Origin: an uncultured cyanobacterium
Lineage (GTDB): Bacteria > Cyanobacteriota > Cyanobacteriia > Cyanobacteriales > Cyanobacteriaceae
Length of the DNA stretch: 60,332 nt
Assembly: GCA_963749915.1 (NCBI GenBank)
Contig: CAVVOP010000030.1
Coordinates: forward strand, 1-60,332
Reading direction: 5' to 3'
The position numbers were made by a program, and so were the translations under genes. Positions within the stretch are counted from its first letter, which is position 1; every line of letters starts with the position of its first letter. Below are positions 28,002 through 38,505 of the stretch, one piece after another. The notes beneath the pieces are model-generated. The model searched no databases. It saw only the letters and a program-made list of their open reading frames with translations, and was not told the DNA's origin.

Positions 28002-29169
28002 ATGAAAGCAATGATTTTGGCGGCAGGAAAAGGGACTCGTGTACGCCCTATTACCCACACAATCCCTAAACCTTTGATACCCATTTTGCAAAAACCGGTT
28101 ATGGAATTTCTTGTGGAATTGCTACGTAAACATGGTTTTAATCAAATTATGGTCAATGTCAGTCACTTAGCGGAAGAAATTGAGAATTATTTTCGAGATG
28201 GCCAACGTTTTGGGGTGGAAATTGGTTATTCCTTTGAGGGACGCATTGTGGATGGTGAATTAGTCGGTGAGGCTTTAGGTTCGGCAGGTGGTTTGAAAAA
28301 AATCCAAGAATTTAATCCTTTTTTCGATGATAGTTTTGTGGTGTTATGCGGTGATGGTTTAATTGATTCTCGATTTGACACAAGTCGTTAGGAAACATAA
28401 AGAAAAAGGGGCCATCGCAACGGTAGTAACAAAATCTGTGCCACGGGAAGAAGTTTCCAGTTATGGGGTCGTTGTCACCGATGAAGATGATCGCATTTTG
28501 GCATTCCAGGAAAAACCTTCTGTAGAAGAAGCGTTAAGTACTCAAATAAACACGGGTATTTATATATTTGAGCCAGAAATTATCGACTATATACCCCCAA
28601 ATCAAGAATATGACATTGGTAGTCAATTATTTCCGAAATTAGTGGAATTAGATTTGCCTTTTTTCGCTGTCAATATGGATTTTGAGTGGATAGACATCGG
28701 TAAAGTACCGGACTATTGGGAAGCGGTAAGATCGGTATTAAAGGGGGAAGTTAAAAACGTACAGATTCCGGGGAAAGAAGTTCGCCCTGGAGTTTATACT
28801 GGTTTGAATGTGTCTGTTAATTGGGATAAAGTGGAGATAACAGGCCCTGTATATATTGGTGCGATGACTCATATTGAAGATGGGGCGAAAATAATAGGCC
28901 CGACGATGATCGGTCCTAATTGTTGGATTTGTGAGGGTGCCACCGTTGATAATAGTGTCATCTTTGAATATTCCCGTCTTGGTTCAGGGGTTTGTTTACT
29001 TGATAAACTGGTCTTTGGTCGTTATTGTGTAGATAAAACTGGTACTTCCATCGATGTACAAGCCGCCGCTATCGACTGGCTAATCACCGATTCTCGAAAA
29101 GATTTGGGAGAAAATCCCAAGAATGGTAAGGTTATTAAGGATATAGTTAAGGAATTAGCAACAAAATAA
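28002..29169 (+). pseudogene. cugP: frameshifted cyanobacterial UDP-glucose pyrophosphorylase (CugP, NDP-sugar synthase family); probably one gene split by +1 nt
   Basis: MKAMILAAGKGTRVRP..PKP in ORF 28002-28391 continues as LDLTQVV in 28363-29169; removing one T at 28367/28368 gives a single 388-aa ORF. Confidence 0.8.
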
Positions 29170-29211
29170 AGTATCAGTTAATAGGACTTAGTAACAGAAT
29201 AAACTAATCGA

Positions 29212-29243
29212 GCTAAAGTCAAAACTAAAATTTTGACTTTAGC
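29212..29243. terminator. perfect 13-bp hairpin after cugP
   Basis: GCTAAAGTCAAAA-ctaaaa-TTTTGACTTTAGC. Confidence 0.6.
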
Positions 29244-29274
29244 CCATAGGACAAATTAATGATGGATTTACTTA

Positions 29275-30255
29275 TTGCTTATAGTCTCTGTGTTTAATAC
29301 TATATCACCACTATTTTCCGAAAATTCTCGACAATCATTGACCGTCCCTATGGGAGGAGAAAGGATTGATCTATGGTTAGCAGATCGCATAAGGGATTTA
29401 TCTCGATCACGCATTCAAAAATTACTCGAAAATGGACAAGTATTAGTTAATAATTCTGTTTGTACTCAAAAAAAGACTATTTTAAAACAGGATGATGTGA
29501 TCATAGTTGATATTCCCCCTTCAGTTCCATCTTCCCTCACTGCCGAAGCCATTCCTTTAGATATTCTCTATGAAGATCCATATCTAATCATTATCAATAA
29601 ATCTGCCAACTTTGTGGTACACCCGGCTCCTGGTCATAGTAAGGGAACTTTAGTTAATGCTTTATTAGCCCATTGTCCTGATTTGCAAGGCATTGGCGGT
29701 GTTGAACGCCCGGGAATAGTTCATAGATTAGACAAAGATACCACGGGGGCGATGGTCGTAGCAAAAACAGAGGTAGTTTTACATAGTTTACAGGCTCAAA
29801 TCAAGGCAAAAACTGCAAAAAGAGAATATTTAGGGGTGGTGTATGGTTCGCCTCGAGAAGAGACCGGTATTATTGATTTACCCATCGGCAGAAATCCTTC
29901 CGGGGGAAAAAAAATGGCGGTTGTACCTGTAGAAAAAGGTGGTAAAGAGGCGGTCACTTACTGGAAAGTTAAAGAAAGACTAGGTAATTATTCTCTGATT
30001 CATTTTACATTAGGAACAGGGCGCACTCATCAGATAAGAGTCCATGCTAGTCACATCAAACATCCTATCGTCGGCGATCCTTTGTACAGTGCTGGTCACT
30101 CCGTTGGTGTCAATTTGACTGGTCAGGCTTTACACGCTTTCAGGTTGACTTTAAATCATCCTATCACAGGACAGGTCATTGAGGCCATCGCACCCTTGCC
30201 CCAAGAATTGGAGAAGTTATTGCGGATATTAAGAAGTAAAACTAAATTTTCTTAA
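29275..30255 (+). CDS. rluD: RluD-family pseudouridine synthase
   Basis: S4 domain, VHPAPG, HRLDKDTTG, TGRTHQIRVH; start uncertain. Confidence 0.9.
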   Translation: MLIVSVFNTISPLFSENSRQSLTVPMGGERIDLWLADRIRDLSRSRIQKLLENGQVLVNNSVCTQKKTILKQDDVIIVDIPPSVPSSLTAEAIPLDILYEDPYLIIINKSANFVVHPAPGHSKGTLVNALLAHCPDLQGIGGVERPGIVHRLDKDTTGAMVVAKTEVVLHSLQAQIKAKTAKREYLGVVYGSPREETGIIDLPIGRNPSGGKKMAVVPVEKGGKEAVTYWKVKERLGNYSLIHFTLGTGRTHQIRVHASHIKHPIVGDPLYSAGHSVGVNLTGQALHAFRLTLNHPITGQVIEAIAPLPQELEKLLRILRSKTKFS

Positions 30256-30302
30256 TACAACTTAGATCTGTAGTTTAGACTAATGCAGAAACCATGGGTA
30301 GT

Positions 30303-31529
30303 TCACGCACTTCTTAAAGCAACAATGGGATCTAATTTTGCCGCTTGTCGGGCAGGTAATACACCGAAAAATAATCCTATTCCCCCAGAGACTCCCACTG
30401 CTAAAGCAATAGTTGTTATAGAGACACTCGTAGGTAAAGGAGACACTAAGCCAATGATAGTTAAAGCGCCGACACCGATGATTGTACCCAATGAGCCTCC
30501 TACGGCAGAGATGATAATGGCTTCAATTAAAAATTGTGACAAAATGTTATTTTCCGTAGCTCCAACTGCCTTTCTTAAACCGATTTCTTGAGTTCTTTCG
30601 CTGACGGAGACTAACATGATATTCATTACCCCAATGCCCCCTACTAATAAAGAGATTGCGGCGATCGCCCCTAGCATGATAGTCAATCCCCCCGTGACAG
30701 TGCCAACGATGCTGAGAATATCCTTCTGAGTATCTACCCGAAAATCATCTTCCCCGACAATTTTATGTCTTAAACGGAGTAAATTTTCGATCTGAAATCT
30801 CGCGGCGGCTACATCATCAGAATCCCTGGCAGAGACAGAAATAAAACTTAATTCTAATCCGTAGCTCGAGGTTTTTCCCACAATTTGATTAGCCATAGTG
30901 GTCAGGGGTATGTATAAAGTTTCGTCCTGATTCGTACCTAAAAACGAACCTTTTGACTCCATAATCCCAATTACCTCAAAAGAAACGTTTTTTATTCTCA
31001 AACGCCTTCCGATAGGGTTATCGTTGGGGAAAAAATCCTCAGCAATTTCTGATCCCAATACTACTACTTTTTTATTACGTATCAAGTCCGATTCATCAAT
31101 AAATCTACCTTGTTTCAAATCAAAATTACGAACTGCCAAAAATGAGGGGGTTGTGCCGATGATAGAAGCATTATTATTTCTATTACCATAGGTAACCAGT
31201 AAACGGGAATTGATTTGCGGTGCAACTTCGCTAACACTGGGGACTTGCTCGGCGATCGCTTTAGCATCATCCAACACAAGGGTTTTGGGAATGTCAAAGG
31301 TGGTGCGGCGAGATTCTCGACTACCCGGCACAACAAATAACACATTAGCACCTAAAGACTCAAATTGATCAGAGGCTAATTTTTGCGCCGCTTGGCCAAT
31401 GCCTATCATAGCAATAACGGAGGCATTCCCAATAATAATACCTAACATAGTTAAACTACTACGCATTTTATTGGCGAGTAAGGACGTGGTGGCTATTTTG
31501 ATGCTGTTGGTAATTTTCATGGAAGCCAT
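30303..31529 (-). CDS. MacB/FtsX-family ABC transporter permease
   Basis: RSSLTMLGIIIG, GGIGVMNIMLVSVSERTQEIGLRKAVGA, LDPIVALR. Confidence 0.92.
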   Translation of the reverse strand: MASMKITNSIKIATTSLLANKMRSSLTMLGIIIGNASVIAMIGIGQAAQKLASDQFESLGANVLFVVPGSRESRRTTFDIPKTLVLDDAKAIAEQVPSVSEVAPQINSRLLVTYGNRNNNASIIGTTPSFLAVRNFDLKQGRFIDESDLIRNKKVVVLGSEIAEDFFPNDNPIGRRLRIKNVSFEVIGIMESKGSFLGTNQDETLYIPLTTMANQIVGKTSSYGLELSFISVSARDSDDVAAARFQIENLLRLRHKIVGEDDFRVDTQKDILSIVGTVTGGLTIMLGAIAAISLLVGGIGVMNIMLVSVSERTQEIGLRKAVGATENNILSQFLIEAIIISAVGGSLGTIIGVGALTIIGLVSPLPTSVSITTIALAVGVSGGIGLFFGVLPARQAAKLDPIVALRSA

Positions 31530-31675
31530 AGATTTTGCGATAACTTAATTATAATAGGCAATTTAAAGATTTAAAGGTAAGGCATAGATGTTAAAATCCT
31601 TTTTAGTTTAGAAATATTTGACTAGGAGTATTTCGCTGCTATTTCTACATTGATTTTACATTTTAGGAACTGCCC

Positions 31676-31942
31676 ATGACTCAAAAATTTAATTCCCGTG
31701 TCTATGTAACTTTACGCCCTTCTGTTTTAGATACAGCTGGAACGGCTGTAGAATCAGGGTTACATCAATTAGGTTATCAGGGTGTAGAAAATGTCAGAAT
31801 CGGCAAATATATAGAATTGACATTGATAGCGGAAACCAGAGAATCCGCAGATACACAATTACATCAAATTTGTGATCAACTTTTGGCTAATCCTGTCATC
31901 GAAAATTACTCTTTTGATTTAACTCCCGTTGGTGGAGAATGA
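31676..31942 (+). CDS. purS: FGAM synthase subunit PurS
   Basis: VLDTAG, VRIGK, LLANPVIENY. Confidence 0.93.
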   Translation: MTQKFNSRVYVTLRPSVLDTAGTAVESGLHQLGYQGVENVRIGKYIELTLIAETRESADTQLHQICDQLLANPVIENYSFDLTPVGGE

Positions 31943-31973
31943 TTATTCATTGTTCATTTTTTAGAGGTTTATA

Positions 31974-32666
31974 ATGAAATTTGGTGTAGTAGTTTTTCCG
32001 GGTTCAAATTGTGATCGAGACGTAACGATGGTGACACAAGGTATTTTAAATCAACCTACTCGCATGGTATGGCATCAAGAAACGGATATTGATGATTTAG
32101 ATATAGTGGTTATCCCCGGAGGTTTTAGTTATGGAGATTATCTCCGTTGTGGTGCCATCGCCCGTTTTTCACCGGTGATGAAAAGTATCGTCAAACACGT
32201 AGAAGAGGGTAAGTTAGTATTAGGGATTTGTAACGGCTTTCAGGTATTAACCGAAGCAGGATTATTACCTGGGGCGTTAACTCGCAATCGTGATTTACAC
32301 TTTATTTGTGACCAAATACCCGTTAAAGTAGAACATAATAACTCTATTTGGACAAAAGGCTATCAATCGCAAGAGATAGTTTGTTTTCCTATTGCCCATG
32401 GTGAAGGAAATTACTACGCCGATGAAGACACCCTCAAAGAGTTAGAAGATAATGGACAAATTTTATTTCGTTATTGTGGTGAAAAAGGAGAAATTAACAA
32501 CGAAAATAACCCTAATGGATCATGTAAAAATATAGCAGGAATTACCAATAGAAAAGGTAATATTTTAGGAATGATGCCACATCCAGAAAGAGCTAGTGAT
32601 ACAGTTTTAGGATTTAGCGATGGTAAAGCATTATTTGCCAGTTTATTATCGGAATACACCGTTTAG
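31974..32666 (+). CDS. purQ: FGAM synthase subunit PurQ
   Basis: [31 protein letters not shown]. Confidence 0.96.
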   Translation: MKFGVVVFPGSNCDRDVTMVTQGILNQPTRMVWHQETDIDDLDIVVIPGGFSYGDYLRCGAIARFSPVMKSIVKHVEEGKLVLGICNGFQVLTEAGLLPGALTRNRDLHFICDQIPVKVEHNNSIWTKGYQSQEIVCFPIAHGEGNYYADEDTLKELEDNGQILFRYCGEKGEINNENNPNGSCKNIAGITNRKGNILGMMPHPERASDTVLGFSDGKALFASLLSEYTV

Positions 32667-32697
32667 ATATTCAACCAAATTAAAATAATTTTTGTTA

Positions 32698-33378
32698 ATG
32701 CCTACCATTGAAAACCTAATTAATCAAATACAAAAAGAAGCCGAAAGAGAAGAATTTCCCCTTGATATTCCTGTGTATGAATCAGCAAAAAAAGAACCCA
32801 CAAAACCCATATTATATTTTGGTAATTTAAAAAGCAATATTTGTTTTTTCGGTCGAGATTTAGGTAGGGATGAGGTTATAGCAGGCCAGCCTTTAATTGG
32901 TGCGGCCGGGGAATTAGTTAGACAGGGTTTTTATCGTGCAATATATAGGGAAGAAACCACCGATAAAGCCAAATTAGAATCTATTAAAGATCGCTTAATT
33001 TTAACTAATACTGTACCCTATAAACCCCCCGAAAATAAAGCCTATACTTTAAAAGTTAAAAGAAGATTCCGCCCTTTTATTGAACAATTTTTAGTCATTT
33101 ATTGGCAAGGAACACAAATTATTACCTTAGGGACAGAAGGTTTTAAATGGTTTGAACATTACTCTACCAAAGAGAATTTTAAAGAATTTTGGGGACAAGG
33201 CGATCGCCGTTATCAACAAAGTTTAAATATGACAATAACAGCCATAGATGGAGAAGGAAAAACTCATCAAAAAAAAGTCGCTATATTTCCCTTGCCTCAC
33301 CCTTCACCCTTAAACCAGAAATACTATAATAGATTTCCAGCAATGCTGCAATATACTTTGTCACAAATAGAGTTTTAA
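32698..33378 (+). CDS. uracil-DNA glycosylase superfamily protein
   Basis: GRDLGRDE..GQPLIGAAG, LTNTVPYKP, ITLG, LPHPSPLN. Confidence 0.78.
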   Translation: MPTIENLINQIQKEAEREEFPLDIPVYESAKKEPTKPILYFGNLKSNICFFGRDLGRDEVIAGQPLIGAAGELVRQGFYRAIYREETTDKAKLESIKDRLILTNTVPYKPPENKAYTLKVKRRFRPFIEQFLVIYWQGTQIITLGTEGFKWFEHYSTKENFKEFWGQGDRRYQQSLNMTITAIDGEGKTHQKKVAIFPLPHPSPLNQKYYNRFPAMLQYTLSQIEF

Positions 33379-33391
33379 ATATGCCAAATTA

Positions 33392-34687
33392 ATGGTCAAA
33401 ATCATTTCCTTATCCCTAACTATAGTTAGTTATTTATTACTTTTAAATGGTTGTCAGAGTCAAGATCAAAAATTGCCACCATTACCGCAAGATTCTTACA
33501 CTGAAGTTTATTTTAATCACAACCAAGCCAAAGGGAAAAAATATTTAGATCCTTATCGCCATATTCAACATCCAGGAGATAATTTAGAAGCAATTATTAT
33601 TGAACAAATAAACACCGCAAAATCCACCTTAGATATAGCAGTACAAGAAATAAATTTAGAAAACTTAGCAAGGGCCATCGTTGCCAAAAAACAGGGGGGT
33701 GTAAAAGTTAGAGTAGTCATTGAAAATAACTATAATTTACCCTTAAATAAGCTTAGCAATAATCATGGTTTAGCTATCTTAAAAAAGGCGAATATTCTGA
33801 TAATAGACGATCGGGAAGATGGCAGTAAGGGAAGTGGATTAATGCACCATAAATTTATCGTTATTGATGGGAAAAAAATCGTAACAGGTTCAGCAAATTT
33901 TACCCTCAGCGATATTCATGGAGATTTTGATAACTTAGAAACTAGAGGCAATGCTAACCACATTTTGGTCATAAATAACCTCCCATTAGCCAAAATTTTT
34001 AACCAAGAATTTAACTATCTTTGGGGAGATGGAGTCGGGGGTAAAAAGGACAGTTTATTTGGTTTAAAAAAACCTGATCGCTCTCCAAAAACTGTTAATA
34101 TAGGTAACAGTATAGTCACGATAAGATTTTCGCCAACATCCCCAACAAAACCTTGGCATCTGACCCCTAACGGTTTAATAGCCAATACCCTTAAATCAGC
34201 TAATAATTCTATCGATTTAGCCTTATTTGTATTTAGTGATCAAAAAATAGCAAATACTTTAAAAAATGAATCATTGCAAGGAGTAGAAATTAAAGCCTTA
34301 ATTGATCCTAATTTTGCTTATCAATATTATAGTGAAGGATTGGATTTATTGGGAGTAGCATTGCCTTTTAATTGTAAATATCAAGTTGATAATAACCCTT
34401 GGCAACAACCTTTAGAAACTGTAGGTATTCCCAACCTACAAAAAGGGGATAAATTACACCATAAATTTGGTATTATCGACAATCATACTGTAATCACGGG
34501 TTCTCATAATTGGTCAAATGCCGCTAATAGCAGGAATGATGAAACATTATTAATTATTGATAATCCCTTAATTGCCCAACATTTTCGCCGAGAATTTGAC
34601 TATCTTTATCAAGATGCAATTTTAGGTATTCCTCCTTATATTCAAGAGAAAATTGACACAGAAACGGAAAAATGTAATTTTAATTAA
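33392..34687 (+). CDS. phospholipase D-family nuclease, lipoprotein (ComA-like)
   Basis: lipobox LLNGC; two HKD motifs MHHKFIVID...GSANF and LHHKFGIID...GSHNW. Confidence 0.85.
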   Translation: MVKIISLSLTIVSYLLLLNGCQSQDQKLPPLPQDSYTEVYFNHNQAKGKKYLDPYRHIQHPGDNLEAIIIEQINTAKSTLDIAVQEINLENLARAIVAKKQGGVKVRVVIENNYNLPLNKLSNNHGLAILKKANILIIDDREDGSKGSGLMHHKFIVIDGKKIVTGSANFTLSDIHGDFDNLETRGNANHILVINNLPLAKIFNQEFNYLWGDGVGGKKDSLFGLKKPDRSPKTVNIGNSIVTIRFSPTSPTKPWHLTPNGLIANTLKSANNSIDLALFVFSDQKIANTLKNESLQGVEIKALIDPNFAYQYYSEGLDLLGVALPFNCKYQVDNNPWQQPLETVGIPNLQKGDKLHHKFGIIDNHTVITGSHNWSNAANSRNDETLLIIDNPLIAQHFRREFDYLYQDAILGIPPYIQEKIDTETEKCNFN

Positions 34688-34730
34688 AAATGATGGCTTT
34701 TCAAGTTTTTGGCTTTTGCTAAATTTGATC

Positions 34731-34821
34731 AGGACTTACGTATTTAAACGAGATTTGGTTTTTTGAGCAATCGCTTTTTAAGAAGAAATTAAAGGTTTCA
34801 GAGCCATTCTGAGTAAGTCGT
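34731..34821. repeat. degenerate miniature inverted-repeat element
   Basis: AGGACTTACGTA ... TGAGTAAGTCGT imperfect inverted ends between convergent genes. Confidence 0.5.
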
Positions 34822-35747
34822 TAAAATTCAGTGGTAATAATCTGCTCCAATGCTGTTTTAAGATTAGGATAAAGGAAATTATAGTTCATCAAATCTGTGG
34901 TTTTTTGTGGTAACACTTTTTGTCCCTCTAAAACTACTTTTGCACCATCACCTAAGAGTAATTCTAAAGCGAAACCCGGTATAGGCAGCCATGATGGGCG
35001 TTTCATCACATTTCCCAAAGTTTCACATAGTTGATTCATTGTCACGGGATAAGGGCTAGTGGCGTTAAAAGTACCATTAATGTTAGGATCCTCCAGGGCT
35101 TGAATAATCATCCCTACCACGTCATCTCGATGAATCCAGGAAAACCACTGCTTCCCATCACCCATGGGACCTCCCGCAAAGATTTTAAAAGGTGGTACCA
35201 TTTTAGCCAAAGCACCTCCATTGCCCAAAATTATCCCAAAACGAAAAATTACCAATCTGACTCCCGTTTCCTTTACCTTTTCAGCTTCTCCTTCCCATGC
35301 TTGACAGACTTGCGCAAGAAAATCTTTTCCTGGTGGGCTAATTTCTGTATAAGTTTCGGTTTCACTCGTACCATAAAAACCAATGGCAGAAGCATTAATT
35401 AAAACCCGGGGTTTTTGACTAGATTGTGCAATGGCATCTACAATGGTTTTAGTCCCTAGCTGCCTACTATCAAGAATTTCCTGCTTATAAGTATCACTCC
35501 ATCTTTCGGCAATGGGTGCACCGGCAAGGTTAATGACTGCGTCACAACCGTCAATTTTTTTTTGCCAATCCCCTGGTTGTTTGGGGGTATAACTGATAAA
35601 CTCTAAATGGGGATAAATTGCGGGAGAAAACACTGATTTAGCCTTATCAACATTACGAGTTAAGACTATAATTTGATTGTCTTGGGCTAATTTTTCTACC
35701 AATTTTGCACCAACAAAACCCGTCGCACCAGTTACAGCAATTTTCAT
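34821..35747 (-). CDS. TIGR01777-family NAD(P)-dependent epimerase/oxidoreductase
   Basis: VTGATGFVG, VINLAG, SAIGFYG, FSWIHRDD. Confidence 0.9.
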   Translation of the reverse strand: MKIAVTGATGFVGAKLVEKLAQDNQIIVLTRNVDKAKSVFSPAIYPHLEFISYTPKQPGDWQKKIDGCDAVINLAGAPIAERWSDTYKQEILDSRQLGTKTIVDAIAQSSQKPRVLINASAIGFYGTSETETYTEISPPGKDFLAQVCQAWEGEAEKVKETGVRLVIFRFGIILGNGGALAKMVPPFKIFAGGPMGDGKQWFSWIHRDDVVGMIIQALEDPNINGTFNATSPYPVTMNQLCETLGNVMKRPSWLPIPGFALELLLGDGAKVVLEGQKVLPQKTTDLMNYNFLYPNLKTALEQIITTEF

Positions 35748-36006
35748 TAGTTTTTCTCTATTTTATAATTATCGTTAATATTAAATTATCATTAATTCAA
35801 CTGAATTATTAGCCAACAAGCCGATGAGGAAATAAAAATTGGATTAATTTCTGATAGGGAAAACAATCGTTATTTACTGGTAGAAAAAACGACTTATCTG
35901 CTGAGTTTATGGGAGGGTAGAGTTTGGCTTTTTTCCAGCCGTAAATCCTCCTTTCTCATCAACGGAAAATTTACAGTTGGAATTTGTTTTTGAACAAGAT
36001 TAATCC

Positions 36007-36246
36007 TTATTTTGTCTCAGCTTCAGAATCTTCCTGTTTGCTCAGCATACCATATTTACGCAAGAAACGATCGACTCTACCTTCGGTGTCAATAATTTTT
36101 TGAGTACCAGTGTAAAAAGGATGATTACCGGACCAAACCTCTACATGGATTTCTGGTTGAGTTGAACCAACTCGCATAATTTCTTCCCCATTACACATAA
36201 CTTTGGCATTGGGATACCACTGGGGGTGAATTCCTTCTTTTGGCAT
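36007..36246 (-). CDS. rpmE: 50S ribosomal protein L31
   Basis: MPKEGIHP, HPFYTG, GRVDRF. Confidence 0.97.
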   Translation of the reverse strand: MPKEGIHPQWYPNAKVMCNGEEIMRVGSTQPEIHVEVWSGNHPFYTGTQKIIDTEGRVDRFLRKYGMLSKQEDSEAETK

Positions 36247-36374
36247 TATTCTAACTTCCTTGCTTTACTATATATAAATTAACAAAAAAACAACTCTTTT
36301 CTCTCAGAGGAAAAATAAAGTAATAAACCCGCTACCCTTGTGAGGGCAGATCATCGGCACTAGATTTTATGAAA

Positions 36375-36773
36375 TTAACGTTTAGAGAACTGAGGTGCTT
36401 TACGAGCTTTATGTAAACCGTATTTCTTCCGTTCTTTTGCCCGGGGATCGCGGGTTAAGTAACCTTCAACTTTAAGAGGTTGACGATTCTCCGGATCAAG
36501 CTGGCATAATGCTCTGGCTACCCCTAATTTAACCGCATCAGATTGACCAGTTAAACCACCGCCATGAGAGTTTACTAAGATGTCATACTCATTTTCTAAC
36601 CCTAAAGTTTCTAAGGGTGCTTTTAAGGCTTGAATATAATCTTGAATTTGTTGGAAATATTCTGAACCTTCTCGGTTGTTAACTTTAACTGCACCTGTAC
36701 CAGGCACAAGACGAACTCTGGCTACGGAAGATTTACGACGACCTGTACCAAGATAAACTACTTTCTCTGACAT
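36375..36773 (-). CDS. rpsI: 30S ribosomal protein S9
   Basis: [25 protein letters not shown]. Confidence 0.98.
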   Translation of the reverse strand: MSEKVVYLGTGRRKSSVARVRLVPGTGAVKVNNREGSEYFQQIQDYIQALKAPLETLGLENEYDILVNSHGGGLTGQSDAVKLGVARALCQLDPENRQPLKVEGYLTRDPRAKERKKYGLHKARKAPQFSKR

Positions 36774-37228
36774 TATTTATCGCCTCCGGGGATAGTGTTA
36801 ATGGTTAAAACTTCTGGTTTTTGTGCTTCATGGGGATGGCCAGAGCCAGTATAAACTTTAAGTTTAGTGAATAAAGTCCTGCCTAAGCTGTTTTTCGGTA
36901 ACATACCTTTAACGGCAGTTTCGATAATTCTTTCAGGAATCCGTTTTTGCAATTTGTCAAAGGTTTCTACTTTCATCCCCCCAGGACGACCTGAGTGACG
37001 GCGATAGAGTTTTTGTTGTCCTTTTTTACCAGTGACAACAACTTTTTCGGCATTAACCACAATGACAAAATCCCCCGTATCTAAATGGGGAGTAAAAGTA
37101 GGTTTATTTTTACCTCTTAAAACATTAGCGATTTCCGTCGCCAATCTTCCGAGACGTTGATCTTGGGCATCAACAACAAACCATTTTTTTTCCAAATCTT
37201 CTAGTTTAGGAACTGGTGTTTTATTCAT
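36773..37228 (-). CDS. rplM: 50S ribosomal protein L13
   Basis: LGRLA, LRGKNKP, GMLPK. Confidence 0.98.
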   Translation of the reverse strand: MNKTPVPKLEDLEKKWFVVDAQDQRLGRLATEIANVLRGKNKPTFTPHLDTGDFVIVVNAEKVVVTGKKGQQKLYRRHSGRPGGMKVETFDKLQKRIPERIIETAVKGMLPKNSLGRTLFTKLKVYTGSGHPHEAQKPEVLTINTIPGGDK

Positions 37229-37243
37229 TTTAATTGAGACTTT

Positions 37244-38062
37244 TTAACTAAAAGTAAAAATAGGTTGAGTATTAAACCAAATCGGTTTGGGTATCGGAAA
37301 TTCCGGATAATCTACTCTTAACAAACATAATCCTTTTGCTGGGGCGGAATATTTAACTAAGTCCCGACGACGATTACTCCAAATATCTTGGAATTCTGAC
37401 AGGGACTTTGTCCCCGCTCCCACTTCTACTAACATCCCCACCATTAGTCTCACCATGCCATATAAAAAGCCGCTAGCCTGTATTTCAATATGTATCAAAT
37501 CTTCTCTTCGCTGACAACTAACTTCTTGCACTTCTAAAATGGAGTGGGAACGTTTAGATCCTGTCCGACGAAAAGCACTTAAATCATGAACTCCTAGCAA
37601 GGGGTTGAGTGCCTTTTGAATCAAAGATTCATCTAAAGGCTGATGGTAGTAGTGCCAACTAAAAGGTTGTAAAAATAGGTTGGAAATTTTACCGGTATAT
37701 ATAGTATAACGATAACGTCGAGCTGACGCACAGAAACAAGCATGCCAGTCATTAGCTACCTGTGCCGATGCCCTGACTAGAATGTCGTCTGGTAAACATC
37801 TGTTAAGGACTTTTGCCCAACGATCAGGAGGAACAGGAAATTTCACTTCAAAATGGGCTACTTGTGCTGCCGCATGAACTCCGCTATCGGTTCTACCTGC
37901 ACCATAAATGGTGACGGGATGACCTACAACCGAGGTGATGGCTTTTTCTATTTCTTCCTGAACACTGTTGTAATTCAGCTGTCTTTGCCAACCATGATAG
38001 TTAGCCCCTAAATATTGAATCACGAGGGCAATTCGGGTTTTTTCTAGGGTGCCATTACTCAT
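37244..38062 (-). CDS. truA: tRNA pseudouridine(38-40) synthase
   Basis: GWQRQ, GRTDSGVHA, FLYGMVR. Confidence 0.96.
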   Translation of the reverse strand: MSNGTLEKTRIALVIQYLGANYHGWQRQLNYNSVQEEIEKAITSVVGHPVTIYGAGRTDSGVHAAAQVAHFEVKFPVPPDRWAKVLNRCLPDDILVRASAQVANDWHACFCASARRYRYTIYTGKISNLFLQPFSWHYYHQPLDESLIQKALNPLLGVHDLSAFRRTGSKRSHSILEVQEVSCQRREDLIHIEIQASGFLYGMVRLMVGMLVEVGAGTKSLSEFQDIWSNRRRDLVKYSAPAKGLCLLRVDYPEFPIPKPIWFNTQPIFTFS

Positions 38063-38084
38063 GAAGGTCAGACTGAAGAAATAA

Positions 38085-38435
38085 TTAGATTAACTGTAAG
38101 ATCGCCATTTCTGAATTATCACCGCGACGATTTTTCGTGCGCAATAAACGAGTATAACCGCCATTGCGGGTAGCGTAACGCTCCTGGGCTTTGGCAAAAA
38201 TATCGTTCACTAAATCTTTATCATATACATAAGCTAATGCCCTACGTCTGGCAGATATAGAACCATCTTTGGCTAAAGTGATTATTTTGTCGGTAGTACT
38301 ACGAACCGCCTTAGCACGGGCTTTAGTAATAGTAATTTCTCCTTCCCTTAACAATTGAGTTGTCAGAGCGCGGAGAAGAGCTTTTCTTTGGTCTGCTGGT
38401 AAGCCTAATAAAGGCACTTTACAACGGTGACGCAT
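38085..38435 (-). CDS. rplQ: 50S ribosomal protein L17
   Basis: MRHR, GGYTR, RRGD. Confidence 0.97.
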   Translation of the reverse strand: MRHRCKVPLLGLPADQRKALLRALTTQLLREGEITITKARAKAVRSTTDKIITLAKDGSISARRRALAYVYDKDLVNDIFAKAQERYATRNGGYTRLLRTKNRRGDNSEMAILQLI

Positions 38436-38505
38436 TAATTTCCTCCTTTAAATTATTAATTAATTAACGAATCTTCCAGTCTCCTAGTCTTCTGGTTAAA
38501 AAAAA

